Shown: positions 50,288 through 58,818 of the stretch, in pieces
How positions within the stretch are numbered: position 1 is the first letter of the stretch
Layout: each line of letters begins with the position of its first letter
Source: Gammaproteobacteria bacterium
GTDB taxonomy: Bacteria; Pseudomonadota; Gammaproteobacteria; Natronospirales; REEB76
Direction: 5' to 3'
Length of the DNA: 64,000 nt
Assembly (NCBI GenBank): GCA_049591615.1
Contig: JBAWFD010000101.1
Coordinates: forward strand, 22,882-86,881
Notes under the pieces: generated by a model
What the model was told of the DNA's origin: nothing
Seen by the model: only the letters and a program-made list of their open reading frames with translations
The model's database searches: none
Made by a program: the position numbers and the translations under genes

Positions 50288-52102
50288 ATGCCCCCAGCGC
50301 TAAATCGTAGTCACACACTCCGTTCACTATTGCCGTTTATCTGGGAATTCCGCGGCCGTGCCATGCTGGCGCTCGCTTTCCTGATAATCGCCAAGATCGC
50401 CACCGTGATGATCCCGGTGGCCCTCAAGCATCTGGTGGACGACCTCAACCCGGTGCATCACGCCGCGCTGGTGCTACCAGTCGCGCTGCTCATCGGCTAC
50501 GGCGTGCTGCGCTTTGCCAGCACCCTGTTCGGGGAATTACGCGACCTGGTGTTCGAATTCGCCGCCCTGCGCGCCGTGCGCCGTATCGCCCTACGCGTAT
50601 TCCGGCATCTGCACGACCTGGACCTGGCTTTCCACCTGGAACGCCAGACCGGCGGACTGTCCCGGGACATCGAGCGCGGCACCCGCGGCATCAGCTTCGT
50701 ACTGAGCTTCATGTTGTTCAACATCCTGCCGACGTTGCTGGAAATCGGACTGGTGCTGGGCATCTTCCTGTGGAATTTTTCCGCCTGGTTCGCGCTCATC
50801 ATCGTACTGTCGGTCGTACTTTATATCGCCTTCTCAATCCTGGTGACTGAGTGGCGCATCCAGCACATGCGGCGCATGAACGAGCTGGATTCGAAAGCCA
50901 ACACGCGCGCCGTCGACAGTCTGCTGAATTACGAGACGGTGAAGTATTTCACCAATGAGGATTTCGAAGCCCAACGATACGACAAGGAGATGGCTTCTTG
51001 GGAGCGGGAAGCCCTCAAGACCCAGTATTCCCTGTCCACCCTGAACAGTGGCCAAGCGCTGATCATCTCCGTGGGCGTCATTGCCATGATGCTACTGGCC
51101 GGTTACGAAGTGGTGCATGGCCGCATGACGCTGGGCGATTTCGTCATGGTCAACGCCTACATCGTGCAACTGTTCATGCCGCTGAATTTTCTGGGGTTCG
51201 TATACCGTGAGATGAAGCGCTCGGTTGTCGACATGGAACGCATGTTCGCGCTGCTGGACCGCAATACCCAGGTGGCGGATAAACCTGGCGCGACGGCACT
51301 CAAGGTTAGCCAGGGTGAAATCCGTTTCGAGAACATACGCTTCGGCTATAACAAGGACCGTGAGATATTGCACGGCGTGAGTTTTGCGGTGCCGGCCGGC
51401 TCGAAAGTGGCGGTGGTGGGGCCGAGCGGCGCAGGCAAATCTACGCTCGCGCGTCTGCTGTTCCGTTTCTACGACGCCACCGGTGGACGCATCCTGGTCG
51501 ATGGCCAGGACATCCGCGATGTGACCCGCGACAGTCTGCGGCGCAACATTGGCATCGTCCCCCAGGACACGGTGCTGTTCAATGACACCATCTATTACAA
51601 CATCATCTATGGCCGGCCGGATGCAAACCGATCGGAAGTTGAACAGGCCGCGGCCATGGCGAATCTCAAACAATTCATTGAGGTGCTGCCACAAGGTTAT
51701 GAAACACTCGTGGGTGAGCGCGGCCTAAAATTATCCGGCGGCGAAAAGCAGCGCGTGGCCATCGCTCGCGCGATTCTCAAAAATCCGCCAATCCTGGTAT
51801 TCGACGAAGCCACGTCCAGTCTTGACTCCAACGCCGAGCAGGCGATCCTGGTGGCTATGCGCGAACTGGCGGAACACCGCACCAGCCTGGTGATTGCGCA
51901 CCGCCTCTCAACCATCGTGGATGCGGACGAGATCGTGGTGCTGGATCAGGGCGCGGTGGTGGAACGCGGCACCCATCATGAACTACTGCGCGTCGGCGGA
52001 TTGTATGCGCAGATGTGGGCCCTGCAGCAGCGTGAAGCGGAAGAGAAACAGAAGAAAGCCGCCGAACAACCCATCCCACCCGCGTTCGCCCTGAATGGCT
52101 AA
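50288..52102 (+). CDS. ABC transporter, fused permease/ATPase (ATM1/ABCB7-type exporter)
   Basis: Six-TM N-terminus. GPSGAGKST Walker A, LSGGEKQRVAIARA signature and ILVFDEATS Walker B. Start at the ATG at 50288. Confidence 0.85.
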   Translation: MPPALNRSHTLRSLLPFIWEFRGRAMLALAFLIIAKIATVMIPVALKHLVDDLNPVHHAALVLPVALLIGYGVLRFASTLFGELRDLVFEFAALRAVRRIALRVFRHLHDLDLAFHLERQTGGLSRDIERGTRGISFVLSFMLFNILPTLLEIGLVLGIFLWNFSAWFALIIVLSVVLYIAFSILVTEWRIQHMRRMNELDSKANTRAVDSLLNYETVKYFTNEDFEAQRYDKEMASWEREALKTQYSLSTLNSGQALIISVGVIAMMLLAGYEVVHGRMTLGDFVMVNAYIVQLFMPLNFLGFVYREMKRSVVDMERMFALLDRNTQVADKPGATALKVSQGEIRFENIRFGYNKDREILHGVSFAVPAGSKVAVVGPSGAGKSTLARLLFRFYDATGGRILVDGQDIRDVTRDSLRRNIGIVPQDTVLFNDTIYYNIIYGRPDANRSEVEQAAAMANLKQFIEVLPQGYETLVGERGLKLSGGEKQRVAIARAILKNPPILVFDEATSSLDSNAEQAILVAMRELAEHRTSLVIAHRLSTIVDADEIVVLDQGAVVERGTHHELLRVGGLYAQMWALQQREAEEKQKKAAEQPIPPAFALNG

Positions 52103-52115
52103 TGCGTCATCTGTT

Positions 52116-52146
52116 CTCACTCCCTCTCCCACAAGGGGGAGAGGGA
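52116..52146 (+). repeat. REP-like intergenic hairpin repeat (copy c)
   Basis: CTCACTCCCTCTCCC-ACAA-GGGGGAGAGGGA, just after the ABC transporter stop. Confidence 0.7.
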
Positions 52147-52195
52147 ATAATGAGTGGTCGGCAAGGCGTGAACGCGTATTTCACGGTAACAAGTG

Positions 52196-53035
52196 ATGGA
52201 AAAAATTAAAATCAGCCATTCTGTCCTTATAACGGGTTGCTCCAGCGGCATCGGTCTGGCCACCGCGCAAGTGCTTAAGGCACGCGGTTGGGATGTCATC
52301 GCCAGTGCCCGCAAGACCGAGGATATCCAGCGCCTCAAGCAGATGGGCTTGCAGGCCATCCGCCTCAATATCGCCGACCCGGTTTCCATCGAAGACGCGC
52401 TGAACGAAACCCTGACCCTGACGGGCGGCCGACTGGACGCGCTGGTGAACAACGCCGGCATCGCCATCCCCGGCGCAGTCGAGGATCTGTCCAGCGAGAT
52501 ATTACAGCGCCAGTTTGACACCAATTTCTTCGGCACCCTGGAACTTACGAATGCGGTGCTGCCCATCATGCGCCGGCAAGGCCATGGCCGCATCGTGATG
52601 CTCAGCTCCATTCTCGGTCGCGTGGCCATGCCCTGGCGGGGTGCCTACAACGCCAGCAAATTCGCGCTGGAGGGCATCACCGACAGCCTGCGGCTGGAAT
52701 TGCGCAGCACGGCTATAAGAATTTCGCTCATCTGTCCCGGCCCGGTGAAAAGCCGTTTCCGGGACAACACCCTCGCCAACTTCGATGCATACTTGGATGC
52801 GGCCTCGAGCCCGTACCGTGACCGTTACGCGCGCCTCAAAGCCCAGACCGGAGTGGAGAAGGACAATACGCCGTTTACGGTACCGCCAGAGAACGTGGCC
52901 AGGAAAATCGCCAGCGCACTGGAAAGCGCGCATCCAAAAGCTCGCTATTACGTTACCGTCCCGGCCTACGCCCTCGCCCTCCTGCGCTGTGTGCTGCCAA
53001 CACGCTGGATGGATGCATTACTCGCCAGAATTTAG
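52196..53035 (+). CDS. Classical SDR-family NAD(P)-dependent oxidoreductase
   Basis: VLITGCSSGIGLA, NNAG and YNASKFAL (YxxxK). Confidence 0.8.
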   Translation: MEKIKISHSVLITGCSSGIGLATAQVLKARGWDVIASARKTEDIQRLKQMGLQAIRLNIADPVSIEDALNETLTLTGGRLDALVNNAGIAIPGAVEDLSSEILQRQFDTNFFGTLELTNAVLPIMRRQGHGRIVMLSSILGRVAMPWRGAYNASKFALEGITDSLRLELRSTAIRISLICPGPVKSRFRDNTLANFDAYLDAASSPYRDRYARLKAQTGVEKDNTPFTVPPENVARKIASALESAHPKARYYVTVPAYALALLRCVLPTRWMDALLARI

Positions 53036-53073
53036 ATTCCTGCATCACCAATTTAGCTTTTGGTTGCACAGAT

Positions 53074-54150
53074 TTACACCGGGTAAGCTCCGACACTGTT
53101 TAATAATCCAACCGCTTCATCAAACCCTTGCGCGATATTCATATTCTGCACTGCCTGTCCCGCCATGCCCTTCACCAGATTATCCAGCGCAGCCATGAGC
53201 ACCACGTTTCCGTCTTTCTCATGTACGGCGAGGTCGCAGAAATTGCTGCCCACAACAGCAGCGACACGCGGTGTGTCTTCCACCAGCCGCACGAACGGCG
53301 CATCCCGGTAGAAGTCCATACATTTTTTCCTGAGTGACTTCGCGTTCAATCCGATAGCGGTCGGTGGGTGTAGTTGTACAGTGGCAAATATTCCTCGCAC
53401 CAGCGGCGCTGAGTGCGGTACGAAGGCCAAGCTATAACCATTGGTTTTTTCTGCATCCAGCAGGCGTGTAACTTCCGCTTCGTGTTGATGATTCAGCACT
53501 TTATAAGCACGAAAGTCATTGGCACGCGTCGGGTGGTGCGTAGTCTCGGTGGGCGTGGCGCCGGCGCCGGATGAACCGGTGGTCGCGCTCACCGCGATGA
53601 ATCCCAGGTCTTTCAGTCCTGCCAGCGGCAGCAGGGCGAGCTGGATGGCGGTGGCGAAACAGCCGGGGCTGGCGATGCGCCTGGCGCCTTTGATCTTTTC
53701 TGTTTGCCATTCCGGCAGACCATAAACAAAACTGCCAAGCGCCTGTGGGTACGGATGTGGTTTTCCGTAGGCACGCTCGAAGGCTTCCGCATCATCCAGC
53801 CGGAAATCACCGGATAGATCGATGAGCGTGAGTCTGTCCGATAGTTTGTGCTTCGACCAATCCGCTTCCAGACCAGCCAACTGTTGCGCCAGTTCGAAAT
53901 GCGGCATGGCGGAAAACACTATGGGATTGTCCGATTCCGCGAACGCAGACCAGTCGGGCTGTGCCTCGAAGTTGCCGTCCACCAGGCTGCGAAGGTTTGG
54001 ATGTACTTTCCAGAACGGTTGGTCCGCGTATTTGCGCGAGACGGCGCGGATACTCTCCACCTGCGGATGCTGCGACAGCAGCCGCAGTAGTTCGCCGCCG
54101 CCGTAACCAGAGCCACCCAAAATATAAACACTGATTGTTGTCGTTGTCAT
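53074..54150 (-). CDS. argC: N-acyl-gamma-glutamyl-phosphate reductase
   Basis: VYILGGSGYGGGELLRLL...ASPGCFATA (active-site Cys). Confidence 0.9.
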   Translation of the reverse strand: MTTTTISVYILGGSGYGGGELLRLLSQHPQVESIRAVSRKYADQPFWKVHPNLRSLVDGNFEAQPDWSAFAESDNPIVFSAMPHFELAQQLAGLEADWSKHKLSDRLTLIDLSGDFRLDDAEAFERAYGKPHPYPQALGSFVYGLPEWQTEKIKGARRIASPGCFATAIQLALLPLAGLKDLGFIAVSATTGSSGAGATPTETTHHPTRANDFRAYKVLNHQHEAEVTRLLDAEKTNGYSLAFVPHSAPLVRGIFATVQLHPPTAIGLNAKSLRKKCMDFYRDAPFVRLVEDTPRVAAVVGSNFCDLAVHEKDGNVVLMAALDNLVKGMAGQAVQNMNIAQGFDEAVGLLNSVGAYPV

Positions 54151-54162
54151 GCTTGTGTTGCT

Positions 54163-54197
54163 CCTTCTCCCTGCGGAAGAAGGTTAAGATGAGGGGG
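54163..54197 (-). repeat. REP-like intergenic hairpin repeat (copy b0)
   Basis: The minus strand reads CCCCCTCATCTTAACCTTCTTCC-GCAG-GGAGAAGG. It is head-to-head with copy b. Confidence 0.65.
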
Positions 54198-54199
54198 AA

Positions 54200-55312
54200 T
54201 TATTCACCCCTCACCCTACCCTCTCCCACAAGGGGAGAGGGTGAAAGAGAGACTTTCGTAGTGTTCACAACCCCACGCTTGGCAATTACATCCAGCAGAT
54301 GATTGCCGAGCGCCTTTGCATGGGTAAGCGCATTGATCGCAGGCTTGTCTACAGCACGTTCTACAAAACGTACGCCCACATTATTGTCGGTACACGGACC
54401 GGTGACCAAATCCACATCGATGTCGTACTCACTCCGCAGATGCTCCACGCCACCGGCCACGCCCACCGGATCATTGGCGCAGAACACGAAGGCCGCGGTC
54501 AGCGCGCGCAGTTCCGCATCCGCAAGTATCGCCTGCACGCCATATTCGCCCATGATGCCGTCGCCGGTCTCCGCTACGATGACATCGAAACGGCGTGTGG
54601 AGAGTTCCGCGAAGATGGTCTTGGCCACCTGCGCCGCGCTCTCCGGTCCGGTGCATGCAATGCCCGCGTCGGTGAAATCCAGCGTCACTTCGGCACCATA
54701 GTCGCGCATGCTCAGTGTATCGCGCATCAGGGAGACGCCGGTGAGCTTGGCACCGCCCACGCGGTAACCCGCCTGACTGAGCCTGCGCACGATTGCGCAA
54801 GCGGCGGCTGTCTTACCGGCGTTCATGCAGGTGCCGGCCACGTAGATGACTTTGCAGTTAGGCACCTTGCCATCCGCTTTGAGCGCGCCCATGCGGATAT
54901 TCGCGGGTTCCCCGAGCCGCGACTGGAACTCCGGGTACACCAGCACCTGGCCCAGCACCTCGAACTCGAAAGGTTGGCCCACATCCGGGTTGTGGGATAT
55001 GCATTCGCCGATGACGCCGCCCATATTCAGGATGTGCAGCTTCTGGCCGGGCGCAACGCTTTTCGGCAGCACACCTTCGTAACCATGCAGGGCGTTGCGA
55101 TGACCCAAAGCGCCCACCACGATGTCGTCGCCGTGCAGCACGTTCAGGCGGCCGTGTACATCCTCCAGCTGGTTATAGCCGGACTTGTCGCCAAGGATGC
55201 GGCCCGCCAGCACCGCGCCGTGTTCCGCGCGCACCTCGGCTGACAGGGTGAGCATGCGATCCAGCTTCAGGTTGCGCGTAACTGATGCGATCTTGTCCGC
55301 GCTGATCCTCAT
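54200..55312 (-). CDS. Uncharacterised protein with an unassigned N-terminal domain and a C-terminal dethiobiotin-synthetase/CobQ/DUF1611-like P-loop domain
   Basis: ATGA overlap with the argG stop (55309-55312). Walker-A-like VAGTCMNAGKT (aa 158-167) and DVIVAETGDG (aa 243-252). The last ~15 aa (SLSPSPLVGEGRVRGE) are encoded by a REP-like repeat. Start set at MRISADK. Confidence 0.6.
   Translation of the reverse strand: MRISADKIASVTRNLKLDRMLTLSAEVRAEHGAVLAGRILGDKSGYNQLEDVHGRLNVLHGDDIVVGALGHRNALHGYEGVLPKSVAPGQKLHILNMGGVIGECISHNPDVGQPFEFEVLGQVLVYPEFQSRLGEPANIRMGALKADGKVPNCKVIYVAGTCMNAGKTAAACAIVRRLSQAGYRVGGAKLTGVSLMRDTLSMRDYGAEVTLDFTDAGIACTGPESAAQVAKTIFAELSTRRFDVIVAETGDGIMGEYGVQAILADAELRALTAAFVFCANDPVGVAGGVEHLRSEYDIDVDLVTGPCTDNNVGVRFVERAVDKPAINALTHAKALGNHLLDVIAKRGVVNTTKVSLSPSPLVGEGRVRGE
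54205..54243 (+). repeat. REP-like intergenic hairpin repeat (copy b)
   Basis: CACCCCTCACCCTACCCTCTCCC-ACAA-GGGGAGAGGGTG. It overlaps the 3' end of the unknown arg-operon CDS. Confidence 0.7.
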
Positions 55313-56505
55313 TTGTTTTCTCCTGCACGTAACGCAAGTATCTGCTGCACGCCATAGAGTTTGGCGAAACCCGCGGCCTCCGCGCCGCTCCACAGACGGT
55401 TGGCTTCACCATAACTTGCAACTTTGGCATCCATAAGTGAACGCGGCGAGCGCACGCCATCCACAGCAAACGTGCGCGGATACAGCGTGAGTTTCACCTC
55501 GCCCGTCACCGGTTTTTGGCTGGACTTCAGGAAGGCTTCCAGATCCCGCGCCAGAGGATCAAAGAAATGGCCTTCATGCAGCAATTGACCGTAGAGATTG
55601 CCCAGGTTGTCCTTCCAGAATTGCTGCTTGCCGGTGAGGGTAAGTTTTTCCAGCTCACGATGTGCACCGATCAGCAGATGCGCCGCCGGCGCCTCGAAGC
55701 CGACGCGTCCCTTGATGCCCAGGATGGTGTCGCCCAGATGCACGCCGCGGCCGATTCCGTATGGGCGGCCGATAGAATTCAGTTCTGCGATGAGCGCTAC
55801 CGGATCCAACGATTGACCATCTACAGCAGCAGGCACGCCCTGCTTGTAGCCCAATGTCATGGGCCTGGATGTGAGTTTCGCGGCATCGATCTCACCGCCG
55901 GGAAACACCGCTTCCGGTAGCACACTCCAGGAATCCAGCGTCTCGCGTCCACCCACGGAGGTGCCCCACATGCCTTCGTTCACGGAATAATGTTCGGTCT
56001 TTTCAGGAAGCTCGAAGCCGTGCTTCTTCAGATAGGCACGCTCCTCGGCACGGCTCAATGCCAGCGTGCGGATCGGGGTGATGAGTTCCAGTTCGGGAGC
56101 CAGGGCGCGGAATGCCACGTCGAAACGCACCTGGTCGTTGCCGGCGCCGGTGGAGCCGTGCGCCAGTGCGGTGGCGCCGAGTCTCTTTGCAAGCGCCACC
56201 ACTTCCGCCGCCTGGGCCACGCGCTCCGCCGATACACTCAGTGGATACAGATTGCCGCGCAGCACGTTGCCATAGATGAGATAGCGAAGATAACGGTCGA
56301 AGAGATCCGCGCGCGCGTCGATGGTGTGATGGGCTTGCGCGCCCAGTTTCGGAGACAGGTCTTCGATGCGCCGCAGTTCCCCGGTACTGAAGCCACCAGT
56401 ATTCACCGTGACGGTGGTGACCTGGTAACCCTGCTCCCGAAGATGGATGACGCAGAAGGAGGTATCCAGTCCGCCGGAGAAAGCCAGCACTACATGTTTA
56501 GTCAT
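55309..56505 (-). CDS. argG: Argininosuccinate synthase
   Basis: VVLAFSGGLDTS...AHGSTGAGNDQVRF. Start at MTKHVV (56505), an 8-nt overlap with argH. Confidence 0.93.
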   Translation of the reverse strand: MTKHVVLAFSGGLDTSFCVIHLREQGYQVTTVTVNTGGFSTGELRRIEDLSPKLGAQAHHTIDARADLFDRYLRYLIYGNVLRGNLYPLSVSAERVAQAAEVVALAKRLGATALAHGSTGAGNDQVRFDVAFRALAPELELITPIRTLALSRAEERAYLKKHGFELPEKTEHYSVNEGMWGTSVGGRETLDSWSVLPEAVFPGGEIDAAKLTSRPMTLGYKQGVPAAVDGQSLDPVALIAELNSIGRPYGIGRGVHLGDTILGIKGRVGFEAPAAHLLIGAHRELEKLTLTGKQQFWKDNLGNLYGQLLHEGHFFDPLARDLEAFLKSSQKPVTGEVKLTLYPRTFAVDGVRSPRSLMDAKVASYGEANRLWSGAEAAGFAKLYGVQQILALRAGENK

Positions 56506-57886
56506 GCCACTCACCACCGATCTTCTTATGCCAGATGTCTTTTTCACATTTTTCAATACGGCTTCGAGTCGCCGAGATCCAGCGTTCTGCGTGTTTGCAT
56601 TCTTCCGCGATGGAGCCCAGCCCCAGGTTGTCTAGGCCACCAATATGGATAGACTTCAATGCTTGGCGATCCGGCTTGAACGTTCCATCCTGCAGCTGCT
56701 GCGCGACTCGCTGGTATGCATCGCGGAACGGGACACCCTGCTGAGCCAAACGGGTGGCTTCATGGGCGGCATACAGCTCATCGCCACAGGCAGCGCGTGC
56801 GCGCTCGGCATTTACTTTAAGACCCGGCACCAGTTGCACGAGCGTGGCCAACAACGCGTGCGCCGTATCCAGGGCTTCGAACAGCGGTTTTTTCAACAAC
56901 TGGAAGTCGCGGTGGTAATTGGATGGCAGGCCGCCGGCCAGCTCCTGCAGCATCGCCACATGCCCGCGCAGTTCGCGGCAGCGGGCACGCGCCAGCTCCA
57001 CCACGTCCGGGTTGCGTTTCTGGGGCATGATGGACGAGCCGGTGGTGAAGGCCTCTGGTAACTCCAGGTATCCGAATTCAGGCATCGAATACAGCGCCAC
57101 ATCCCAGAGAAACTTCTCCAATACCAAGCCGATGGATGCCATCCCATTCACCAGAGCCAGTTCATGGCGGCCGCGGGAATTCATCACATCGGCGGGGCTG
57201 ATCTGAACGCCGGAGAATCCCAGTAGCCCGGCGAGATACTCCCGATCAAGCGGTAGGGGCACACCGAAACCGGCGGCAGCGCCCAGAGGGCAGCGGTCCA
57301 GGCGTGCGTATACTGCCTGCATCGCCTGCAGTTCTTCCCCGAGTCCCGCAGCGAACGCACCCGCCCACAATCCAAAACTCGAAGGCATGGCGCGGCGCAG
57401 ATGCGTGTAACCCGGCAGGCTCTCATCTGCATGTGCATGCGCGAATTGGATGAATGCATCCGCTAGCTGTGCAGTCTGTTTTGCGATACTGAGCAAAGCC
57501 TCGCGCATGTACAGGCGCAGCGCCAAGATTACCTGGTCGTTGCGCGAGCGGCCCAGATGGATGCGTTTGCCCGCATCACCCAGTTGTTGCGTGAGCAACT
57601 GCTCGATGGCGGTGTGGCAGTCTTCCTGAGCCGGGTCGATACCGAGTTCGCCAAGGCGCGCGTGTAACGCGATCTTGGCCAAGGCATCCACCAGCACCTG
57701 AGCATCTTTCAACGCTATCAGACCCGCGTGCGCCAGCATGCGTGCATGCGCGGCGCTGCCGAGCGCATCGAAACTCAACAGGCGCTTATCCAGTTCCGGA
57801 TCATCGCCCACGCTGAGGCGATGCATGGCTGCGTCCAGCGGTAGACCCTTTTCCCAGAGACGCGATGGACCTTTTGCGTCGTTCAT
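56498..57886 (-). CDS. argH: Argininosuccinate lyase
   Basis: GRSRNDQV and GSSIMPQKRNPDV signatures. ATGA overlap with argB. Confidence 0.93.
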   Translation of the reverse strand: MNDAKGPSRLWEKGLPLDAAMHRLSVGDDPELDKRLLSFDALGSAAHARMLAHAGLIALKDAQVLVDALAKIALHARLGELGIDPAQEDCHTAIEQLLTQQLGDAGKRIHLGRSRNDQVILALRLYMREALLSIAKQTAQLADAFIQFAHAHADESLPGYTHLRRAMPSSFGLWAGAFAAGLGEELQAMQAVYARLDRCPLGAAAGFGVPLPLDREYLAGLLGFSGVQISPADVMNSRGRHELALVNGMASIGLVLEKFLWDVALYSMPEFGYLELPEAFTTGSSIMPQKRNPDVVELARARCRELRGHVAMLQELAGGLPSNYHRDFQLLKKPLFEALDTAHALLATLVQLVPGLKVNAERARAACGDELYAAHEATRLAQQGVPFRDAYQRVAQQLQDGTFKPDRQALKSIHIGGLDNLGLGSIAEECKHAERWISATRSRIEKCEKDIWHKKIGGEWHD

Positions 57887-58803
57887 GCGGCCTGCACTTT
57901 GCTGCCGGTCTCGCGCGCCACGATCATGGTGCCGCTACCCTGGTTGGTGAAGACTTCCGTGAGCACCGCGTCCGGCTGGATGCCGCTCACCAGATGCGCG
58001 CTGTGCACGCCGCCACTGAGGGCGCGGCGCGCCGCTGCCAGTTTGGGGCGCATGCCGCCGCTGACCTTGCCGCTCTTCTCCAGCTGCTCCGTCCCTGACA
58101 GCGTCGTATACGGCACCAGGCTCGAGGGCCTTGCCAAATCCTCCAGCAGTCCCGGCACCTTCAGCAGAAAGAACAGTTTCTCCGCTTTGAGTGCCACTGC
58201 GATCTCGGCGGCTACCGTATCGGCGTTGGTGTTGAACACCTCGCCCTTGTCGTTCGCCGACAGCGGTGTGATCACCGGCACATAGCCGCCGTCCAGTAGA
58301 TGCGTGAGCAGCGCCGGATTCACCCGGTCGATGTCCCCGACCAAGCCAAAATCCACGAACTCGATCTGGCCGGCGTCATTCTTGATCTGCACCGGCTGGC
58401 GCTTGTGGGCGGAGAGGATATCGCCGTCCACGCCGCTGACGCCGCTCACCGGCAGGCCGGCCGCGCGCAGGTCCGCCAGCAGATCGGTATGCACCGAACC
58501 AGCCAGCACCATCTTGGCGGCTTCCAATACCTGCTTGGTGGTCACGCGCCGGCCCGCGATCTTCTCCACCGGCAGATCCAGGGATTCACACAGGGCGTCC
58601 AGTCCGCTGCCGCCACCGTGCACGATCACCAGCTTGATGGAGAAGCTCCACAACACGTTGAGTTCTTCGCACACGGCGCGGCGCGTGGCGGCGTTCTCCA
58701 GCACCTCGCCGCCTAGCTTAAAGACGAAGATCTTGCCGCGGAAGGCGCGCACGTACTGGGCCGCGGAGCGTAGCGACGCATAACTGTCAGGTGACATGGA
58801 CAT
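57883..58803 (-). CDS. argB: N-acyl-glutamate kinase (stand-alone, no fused NAGS domain)
   Basis: IFVFKLGGEVL...VIVHGGG...NTNADTVAAEIA. 306 aa. Confidence 0.9.
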   Translation of the reverse strand: MSMSPDSYASLRSAAQYVRAFRGKIFVFKLGGEVLENAATRRAVCEELNVLWSFSIKLVIVHGGGSGLDALCESLDLPVEKIAGRRVTTKQVLEAAKMVLAGSVHTDLLADLRAAGLPVSGVSGVDGDILSAHKRQPVQIKNDAGQIEFVDFGLVGDIDRVNPALLTHLLDGGYVPVITPLSANDKGEVFNTNADTVAAEIAVALKAEKLFFLLKVPGLLEDLARPSSLVPYTTLSGTEQLEKSGKVSGGMRPKLAAARRALSGGVHSAHLVSGIQPDAVLTEVFTNQGSGTMIVARETGSKVQAA

Positions 58804-58818
58804 GGTTAATCTCCCTCA

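Noticed and set aside
54299-55243. A 314-aa ORF antisense to the unknown arg-operon gene.
   Set aside because: Its composition is the typical high-GC shadow-ORF type (H/R/A/G-rich). It has no start context. The minus-strand frame is ATGA-coupled to argG and has a coherent P-loop domain.
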